Source: Octopus vulgaris (lineage: Eukaryota). Taken from it: a stretch of DNA of 64,000 nucleotides. Of the stretch, positions 54,834-64,000 are shown piece by piece. The translations under genes were made by a program, and so were the position numbers. Each line of letters opens with the position of its first letter. The stretch's first letter is position 1. The notes beneath the pieces were generated by a model. That model made no database searches. It was not told where the DNA came from and saw only the letters and a program-made list of their open reading frames with translations. The stretch is from NCBI GenBank assembly GCA_951406725.2, contig OX597828.1, positions 4,650,001-4,714,000 on the forward strand. The letters are read 5' to 3'.

Positions 54834-57800
54834 CAGCACACACATATCTATGTGTGTGTGCATACATATAAACATCCTTTTACAAAGGTTCATGCATATA
54901 TGAATGCATATGCGTCTGTATCTGAGGGAGTACCTTCTCTTTCTATGGATCGTTTCAATAATTACATCACTTTTGCAGCGCGCCTGAAATAAACGAACAA
55001 GCTCACTTTAAAATTCATCGTTGGGCCCCCCCCCCACACCACCACCACCACACACACAGACAAACACGCACACAGACACACGCACACACACACTCACACA
55101 TACATTTTATAGTAGTTGAGCAATTACCTCAACGGTGTAGCTTTATACTTCATATCACTGTTGGTGTTTACAGCAATGTGGTAGTCGCCTACGACATTTC
55201 CCAGGTTTCACCCGAGAACTAGCAGTAATGAAATGGAAAACCCCCAGAAAATGCTTTAGACAATGACTTTCTAATATTCAACATTATTTCATTTTTATTT
55301 TGGCACCAGTAAATTTTATTAATTGCTCCTGGTTGTATTTTTAAGTAGACTGGGAATTATACATCCATGGAAGTTGTATGCAAGGCATCGTTCACATGAG
55401 ATGAAATGTATAACACTTTATGGATATGTGATTATTTTAGATCTATAGAAAATGCATAAAGTTATTCCCTGTCATTTCTATCTTAAATATCGTCACAAGA
55501 TATTGATATGAGCTGAAACTCTTACATACAACATAGTAGATGTTTATCAACATACGTTTCTGGGTGTTCATCTATATTGATTTCACGGCAGTCAATATTA
55601 TTAATCATCTACTGGAAACGCTTGTCACCACCACCTCAATCCTTCAAGTGTGACTACTTTTTAATTGCTTCTGATGTTTCTGTATGTCAATCCGTACGAG
55701 ATGAGCTGATGAGAAAAATATAGGCGATGTTTAAATATAAATGGATGTATTCGCCATGGAATATGAGATTTGGATGACTTGGCAGAGTAGAAGAAAATGA
55801 TAATATTTACAACAGAAATTTACTATTCAAAGACAACTGTCATTCGGTTATTTAAAGTGGAGCTTAGAGAATCAAAAACCATGTCTGTTGTCATTATAGC
55901 TCAGCTTTAGTTATTGAAGTAAAAATGATTTCGTGTGTTCCACGTCCCCAGCTAACTCCTTCGTGGCAACTCTTAACCAGAGGTCGGTTGGCATGAAGCC
56001 TTTCTTAGCTCCCTTGCACATTTAGGTCAACTGGATCATACCTTATTGAGTATTGGACCAAATTGTATCGTTTGCTTTATAAATACTTGCATAAAGGACA
56101 ATTGGTTGGATTCTTTGATAGATTTGAGTCCATTAGTTTTCGGTAAAATATATAGTTAAAACGAAGATGATGGAGCAAAATTATGAACTGATTTTACGTC
56201 TTCACTTGAGACTGTATGTGAAGTCGGTCCGTGAACCTTTTGATGCTTTGATTCGAGAATGCTACCAGGCAATTGTAGCTATCTTTTGAAAGCATATTTG
56301 CATCATATAGGGATTTCACGATTTGTGTGAACTATAATGGGCTAAGGTTACTCACTTATTACTGTATTACAGAGTTCAGTTACCGTTCGAGAATAAGTTC
56401 TGTAGACACAGATTCTTCAGTGTCAATTGTAGAACTATATTCCACGCAATTATTATCAATAAGTTACCCTGACGGCAAACGGAAAGTAAATTGAAATATT
56501 TTCTCTTGATGGAGAGATAATTCACAAAGAAAAAACAATTTTTTTGTCGAGCATTTGTTTGCTTGCAGTCAATTTAGAAACAAAATCTTATTTGAAAGTT
56601 TGTTATGCAGTGTATGTTTGAAATACCTATGAGTATGAGTCAATTTCCTTTCAGTTTCTCGTTTCTCCAGCCTTATATATATAGATTTAGGATAATATAA
56701 TGATGCGCTCAGAAGTGCTCCTACGATTACAAGGCACAGCAATCATACATGTGTCTTAAATGTATGAATGATACACTAAATAGTATAATAAATGATCCTC
56801 TATATCCCAAAGAAATATAGAAAATACTACGAGTTTACAAGATAAAAGTCGTGTGTTAAGCAAGTGAGGAGTTATGCATGTCGGTGTTTCTGTTTTCCTT
56901 TCTCTCCAAGTGTTGGGATACTATCGCCCATACTCTTGTCACAAAGCTTTGCAAGGCGGCGCTTTTCTCCGTTATAAAATTTATAGTTTGTAGCTTGAGA
57001 TACTTTTCTTTTATTTTAAATAAAACATTGCTCAATAGAGGTGGAGAAACTATCAAATTATATGTATATTCAAGCAGAGGAGAATCATGAACATATAAAT
57101 AGCATGAAATATACATGGAAAAATAAGAACATTACAAGTATATCGGGTCGCACAGCATTATACACGAAATATAGCTCTACTAGGTGCTGTCCACAATCTA
57201 CACAAGATAAATGTCTGTTCAATACGAAAACACAAGTGAACAATACATATTATGTTCAATGGGCACTTAACGGAAATAAAAAAAAAAATTATTGTCATAT
57301 CATATTCACGAAGGTAGCTCTACTAATGAATATAGCTAAAACTATTCGTCACTATTATCACCTAATCAAATAACACAGTACATACGCTTATAAAATTGAT
57401 GTTGAAAGCTCTAATAGCAACAACTCACACAGCCTCTACATATTTCTCATCAGTTGGTATAATGCAATCCCAACATCATGTACTTTACACAATCGTTACT
57501 TTACGATAAAACACTTAACACACATTAGACAGTACATTTGAATCACAAACATCACCCAGCAAAAGAAAACATCTTTTTGCAATAGGCACAACATTATAAA
57601 AAACAATCACTCCAAATCACACTTCAAAAACTGTTCTACAACACTTGCAGAATACTAAGGTGTACCTGGCTGTATCAGAGAAGCTCAAATTAAACTGTTT
57701 AAAACATAATGACTTCGATAATATAAACAAAATAATAATACGTTAACAAATATTTAAAACATAGCTTCTATTAATATGATGGGTATTTATTACATTAAAA

Positions 57801-60089
57801 AATTACGGTGGCGATAATTTGCTGATGGAAAGACGAATGATTGCAATAGGTTGCTTTTATAAATTTCTTTTTTGCAAATTTACAAGAAAACAAAACGTTA
57901 AAGAATGTTTTTCAAGCAACACTTCAGCAAAGGAAATCAAAGTTTGCTACTCACTGTAATTGGTCTATTTACTCCAATGTACAACATACTTTAAGTCTTC
58001 ATATATGCTTTTTAGAGTATCACTTTTTTACCTTCACTGTTTTATTTTTTTATAACAACAATTACCTTAGTTTAATGAGTGCCTATCCTATGTTGAATGA
58101 CTGTCCTCCTATAGAAACATTGTATGTGTCACTATTGAATTCTTTACGGTGTTGTATTATTTTTCTTTTATTATTTATTTGTAATTTTACAACACTGTTT
58201 TCATTTTATGTGCTATAAAAGAATGATTAGAAGCATTATAATTGCACTTGAAAATTGTCAAAGATGTTTCATTAAAAAAAAATGTTCAATTGAAAAGAGT
58301 GATAAAATTGATAAAAATAGACAAAACATCCGTGAATATGACGATATTTTAACAAATAAAAAGTATAGCTTGTAATATTATTTTAAAACTAACAGTAGAT
58401 TTGGTGGCACTTGCTGCAAACAAATGCCAATTAAAATCTAGGAAAAAAATGTTCACATTCCCACAACGATGGACAGAGAAATATACAAATAAAATAAAAT
58501 ATATAGTAATAACATATTAACATATGCACATCCAAAAGCACACGGTGTTGCAAAGAAAAGAATAAAACATTTCAATTGCAATTATGAAAACCAAAGTATC
58601 CCGAGGATAATGACGATGATTTCTGTGCAGAAATAGTTTTTCTTTAACAGAGCAACATGCAACCAAAAATATGTAGTGTGGGTGAATTTAAAGTTTAGAG
58701 GAATGTATAGACAGTTTGTGAACCGTCTTTGATATTTTTGACGTACGAAGTCACGCTATAGCGTTAGTGACGGGGATTAGAGCTGAACATGTATCGTAAA
58801 CGTTAAGGCTACTGTTAAACACAGATTAATTTATTGACCTGAATGTAGAAAATTCTCATTGAAACGAAACGATTTAAAATTCAGTTTCTCAATAGATGGA
58901 AATATTCATATACGAAAGTAGGCATAGATACACACGTGTTCTCAAGAAGCAATAAAGTGCTGTACACAACCATACACTTCTGTGTGTGTGTGTATGTGTG
59001 TGTGTTAAAACGTTACTAATTCGAATTAGATAACATAAGAGTTATCCGTTATTTAGAACTTTAGGTATATCTAACTTCCATTCAGTTATTGAACATAGCA
59101 TGTCCTTATATTTTCGTTTGGTTCTATATAAAATTCTATAAATTACAGAATGTAATTGTACATCCGAGAGTACAGTAAAAGTGGATATCCGGTTAAATTT
59201 TCTATTGTAATATAAATTGCATGAAATTTGAACGTGTTCACTAGCATATACTATGTGCCATGCGGTAATTGTTACGTTCTTGATAGCATAATCACCTTTG
59301 AACGTCGGATAATCAAAAGAAAAAATAATTCGATCCATTATCGATTACCAATGTCAAATTGTAGGCAGAGCAAACTGAGAACTGCGCTTATGTTCTGTAA
59401 CTTCGTTTGTATATAACCCTAAAACAAAGGAGTTTTCTTATTTTTATTAACAGAGAAATGAAGAGGGAAAGAGAAAGGGAGAGAGAGCGAGAATGAGAAA
59501 GACATTGCTTATAAACATAGTCAGGGTGCTTGAGGAAGTGCACTAATTCGACTGCTAAGGTTCAAGTAAGTACATGCATGATTATTAGCACGCTTATATG
59601 AAAGCTTACACACATGCATACACGTATACCAAATGTTATGCAAGTTGGAATACTGTTTCACATGTATGTACACACCGTCCATTTCAATCATACTAGTATC
59701 ACCCGTCTCAAGAAAGGAAAGAGGGAGAGAAAACAAAACGACAAAAAACGCTAATCAATTTCTTTAAAATATTAATGTATATCCTAGATCATATTTCGTA
59801 TATCGTATATCTGTTTAATTGTTTATATATCTATTGTATGTGCTTATGGATGTTGTTCAGCCCTAAAATGATCTGAAACGGTGCTTCCTTTAGAAAAACG
59901 ATTTTGGTTTTCGAATTCTGCGTCCCAAAGGAAAGGACGCCCATGAATAATAATAAAAATATATAATTTTCTACGAGAAATAACTTAACTTTTAGATAGA
60001 CAACTCTCCTATTCTCTATCATCGTCAATGTATCTCTCAATATATGCCTACCATACTTTTTGACACTCATTGTCTTTGTATATGTACGA

Positions 60090-60235
60090 GGATTTTTACA
60101 GGGCTTAAAAGCAATGAAGGGCCGCTGCAATAAGTGTTTGCCTGAGAGGTTAATACGTTGGATAAAATCATAATTTACTGATCCTCCTGGGTTTTCTTCT
60201 ACCCAACGTCTGGAACTTTTTCAGCAGCCCCTCGT
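60090..60235 (+). mobile_element. Mariner 3' end, same family as 44110
   Basis: TIR-like end ggaactttttcagcagcccctcgta. Confidence 0.65.
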
Positions 60236-60448
60236 AGTGCCTATTACGCACAAATCCTGTTTTCTGATTGGGTAAAAGTGATCAAGCTTTAAACTTCCGT
60301 AAAATTTTCTAAAATTTTTGTGGAATTAATGAATCACTAACTCGAATACAGCGTAAAAAATTAAATCATTAAAAAAATTTGAAACTTTTCACTTAATTTT
60401 AAAATTTCAAACTCTTTGACAGCAAATCAATAGATCTCTCTCTCTCTT

Positions 60449-60513
<65 letters not shown>

Positions 60514-60517
<4 letters not shown>

Positions 60518-61156
60518 CAGAGAAGAATACAGTGTACGTTCAAACACAAAAGAGATACCGAAGAATAGGATATCTGACACGCTAGAAAGAGCAGTTAAAA
60601 CTCCAAGCCACCAAACTAAGAATTTTCCGATTAATATTCTTGCTAAGATTTTAATTAATGATAAAATGTTTTTTGGCTACTTCTGGAAGGAAATCGGCAA
60701 TTTATTTATTTAGTGCTGGTTGAGTTTCCGCATCTGCGCGGTCAATTCGAAAAACTAGAACCTATAGACACGTGGCAGGTTATTTATCGCTCCGTGCCTA
60801 TGTGTTCAGTCCTGGCAACCTACTGAAGAAGTAGCGTCAGATATAGACTGAAATTATCTTATTTCAGTCTGTATTTAAGTCTGCAGAAACCTTGCAGGGT
60901 CTAGGATTAAGGTAAATTTTTTTATTTTTCAATCACTTTCGGAATTACAACAATTGGTGGCTTGGAGTTTTAACTGCTCTTTCTAGCGAGTCAGATATCC
61001 TATTCTTCAGGTATCTCTTTTGTGTTTGAACGTACACCGTACACTGTATTCTTTTTTGTATAATATATAGTCTATTGACTAATTTTTTTCTTTCTTGCTA
61101 GACCACTGGTAACTAAGAATTTTTCGATGAATATTCTTGCTACCCCAAGATTTTAA

Positions 61157-61160
<4 letters not shown>
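60514..61160. mobile_element. TA-embedded retrozyme-like element: inverted ~100-bp arm plus ~1.1 units of 497 bp
   Basis: Inverted repeat 60520-60613 / 60955-61052; direct repeat aactaagaatttt at 60614 and 61111. Confidence 0.8.
60817..60907 (+). ncRNA. Type I hammerhead ribozyme with extended stem II
   Basis: ccta-CTGAAGA-agtag...16-bp hairpin...ctgca-GAAA-ccttgcagg-GTC-tagg; first pair of stem II is mismatched. Confidence 0.75.
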
Positions 61161-61204
<44 letters not shown>

Positions 61205-61981
61205 CCTTTTTCGTTTTCTCGCGATAAAGTCCCATCCTCTGCACATTTGTACCACTCTCAAACTCATTCTCTATAAAAGTGTATCGCAAATGCTGTGTGT
61301 GTGTGTGTGTTTGTCAGTGTGTGTGTATGCGTGCATGTAAGGAATTTCATTAGGGTGACAGTGATTTAAAACAGCTATGCAAGTGATTATTTATTTTAGT
61401 AAAATATTTTTCTGTGGGTAAATATGTTTATTCGTACACACTCACACACACAGTCTCACTTGACGTGGGTCAGGCGATTAGAAATTTAAATTACGAATTT
61501 TTTGTTGCCGTTGCTTACATAGCATCAATACACCATGCTTCATAGTTCCAGAAATATGTTAATGGGGAGAAAAATATTGAAAATATCACTACATGTCAGA
61601 GTGACAAAGAAAAGAGCAAGATAGCAGGTGGTCACTGGGTAAGCGAGAAACAACAGCAAAATCTCCCTTAAATCACACAGCCTGAAAATTAATTTGAAAT
61701 TATAAATACTGTCCGTATTTTTAAAACTATGATTAAAGACAAAATATGCGAAACAGCCGAAATGTTAGGAGTTATGGACAGGTTGATTTTAAAAGTTTTC
61801 CCTTGTATTTTTGAATGAAATTTCATTCTGTGTTTCAAAATTAAAAGGAAACGTGTAGATTGTGATGTTGGTCACCATTTCCAAAAATTCATTTTTTATG
61901 CCCCCATCGTTTCTAAGTGTTTAGTGCACCAAATAAATAAATAACTTAATAAAATGGCCAAAATCGGTACTGGGTGGGGAA

Positions 61982-62054
61982 GGTGGACGGGCGTAGTGGT
62001 TAAGACCGTCGGCTACTAACCCCAAGATTCCGAGTTCGGTTCCAGGCAGTGACC

Positions 62055-62096
<42 letters not shown>

Positions 62097-62112
62097 TAAT
62101 AAAAATAATAAT
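61982..62112 (+). mobile_element. Short tRNA-derived SINE with (TAA)n tail
   Basis: A box tagtggttaag, B box gagttcggttcc, then (taa)n. Confidence 0.7.
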
Positions 62113-62113
62113 A

Positions 62114-64000
62114 AAAAAAAGGGAAAACTATGCCCGGAGATAAATCTATCAACAAAAAAATACAGACGAATACAGATCTGCTAACCTTAAGAAACTGCGC
62201 TACGAACAATGTTTACGTGCAGAGACTCCTAAACTGACAGATCCGTCTCTTAATGTAAGAGTCGAAGCTCGTCATGCTTCAATGTCAACAGAACAACCTA
62301 CAATCCGCGATGGTCGCCGAGCGAACTACAAAAGACCACGTACTCGAAAATTGAACCAAAGTCTGATTGAAAAATCAGCTGCTGGATCAAATCTTCCCGA
62401 CACACAGGAGCTGAACGTACCCCACAACTGGAATATTCCAACAGATGGCCATCCATGCTCGTCACCAAACACTCAAAAGAAAAAGAAGGAAAAATGGACT
62501 AGGAAGATAATAAAGAAGTTCTTGCGGCCTTCTACCATGCCATATATTTCCCCACAGATAAATCGAACACTATACAAACCTACATAAACTGGAGATAGAA
62601 ACACCATGAAGCAAGACCCTACATAGACAGTAACAAACTTGCCAACGTCAGAAGAAACATTATAAAAAATAAATTACTGACTGAAGTAGAGATAGATCAA
62701 ATTAGACAAGCAGTAACGGATAAAATGAACGAAGCTGCAGCTAAAGAAGATAATACAGAGGAAACAATTATAGACCAGCCCAGGGCTGATACAAACGAAG
62801 TAAGGATTGAAAGAGTTAGTATAAGTGATAGGCAAAGTGAAATACACCCTGAACCAATCATAAATACTAAGACAGATGAACATCAAATCGATGAAGAGAG
62901 TCACACAAATATTGACCCAACAGAACTACATGAGCTAAAAAGTCAAATCATGATTGAATGACTGAAAATTAAAGAAACCAGTATGAATGAACGTGATACA
63001 CTCCCTAAAATCCGCAACTCTGACCAAAACATGAAAATAATTGGTAAAACCCGGCTTGCACTTAAGGATATAATTTCAGCTAATGATGTTGATATCACAT
63101 ATCTCAACCACCTATACTATGCATCCGCGAAAATCTCAACGATCCTATGTGGTGAAAAGATTAGAAAACGGCAACATTTCCACAAAAAGCCTTCTTGGCA
63201 AGAGCGTATCCAACAACAAATTAAACTATTTAGTTCTGACATTGAATATTTGAAAAACCTTAAGGTTCATAAGACTACCAAACCTACAAAAACCCCAAAA
63301 CTAATGAAAAAATATAATATGAAAATTATACTTGATATTGATGCCACCATAGAAACCATCAAGCAAAAGGTACCTGCTAAAGCTGCCCGCATGGCGAGGT
63401 ATGAACAGCGTGCTAGATTCTTCAAGGACAACAACATGTTCAAAAATAACCCCAAAAAGTTTTACAGTAAGATAGGAAAAACACCACTTACTGTAAAGTC
63501 TGTACCATCAAAGAAGAAGTGCAGGCATTTTGGAATAAAATTCGGACAGAAGAAAAAACACACAGCGAAAAGCCCCCCTGGATTGATAGAGTATCTAAAG
63601 AACTGGACTCCTTAGAAGAGCAAAAGCGGGAGGGTGTCAAGGTAGAAGATATAAGATCTGCTCTCAGGAGTTCAAGCAAATGATAATACAGAGGAAAGGA
63701 TAAAATTCCTAACTTCTGGTTGAATGCCTTCCCAGAGAGCCATGAACTGCTAACAGAACTTTAGAATGATGTTTTGCAACACCCTAGTAGGATGCCTCCT
63801 TGGCTAGTTAATGGGTTAACATTCCTGCTTCCAAAAAGTGAAGAAGCAAATGAACCAAAAAACTATAGACCCATAACTTGCTTAACAACTATGTATAAAA
63901 CACTAACATCTGTCCTGACGGAATATACCTATAGTTTTTTGACAGACAGCAGCATACTCCCTAATGAACAGAAAGGATGTAAACGTGGATCCTACGGTTG
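62114..64000 (+). mobile_element. Dong/R4-clade non-LTR retrotransposon, disrupted ORF, runs off the window
   Basis: PSWQERI, FKNNPKKFY, DKIPNFW, NYRPITCLTTMYKTLT, LPNEQKGCKRGSYG; 5' end abuts (TAA)n. Confidence 0.85.

Noticed and set aside
61982-62055. Genuine tRNA gene
   Set aside because: Poor acceptor and anticodon stems and a (TAA)n tail; better explained as a SINE

Overview
AT-rich, microsatellite-dense eukaryotic DNA whose SINE and LINE families look like those of octopus (cephalopod). That assignment is my recognition of the repeats, not a database result. No intact host protein-coding gene is evident, and nearly all tracked ORFs are microsatellite artefacts. The window is mostly decayed mobile elements: mariner/Tc1/maT relics, tRNA-derived SINEs, CR1, L1/Tx1, RTE-like and Dong/R4 LINEs, a Helitron helicase relic and three Penelope-like (PLE) relics. 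The most notable signal is a set of non-coding 200-1450 bp elements inserted in (TA)n tracts. Several carry type I hammerhead ribozymes (clearest at 5200, 25186, 25675, 26184, 38845 and 60817). Several occur as more-than-unit-length tandem copies of 417-497 bp units. Most are fold-backs with the same polarity (both 3' ends facing the TA flanks), and four otherwise dissimilar families share a ~17-nt motif downstream of the ribozyme. Together they suggest a PLE-mobilised, retrozyme-like system with defined priming sites. Coordinates were read by eye and may be off by a few bases.
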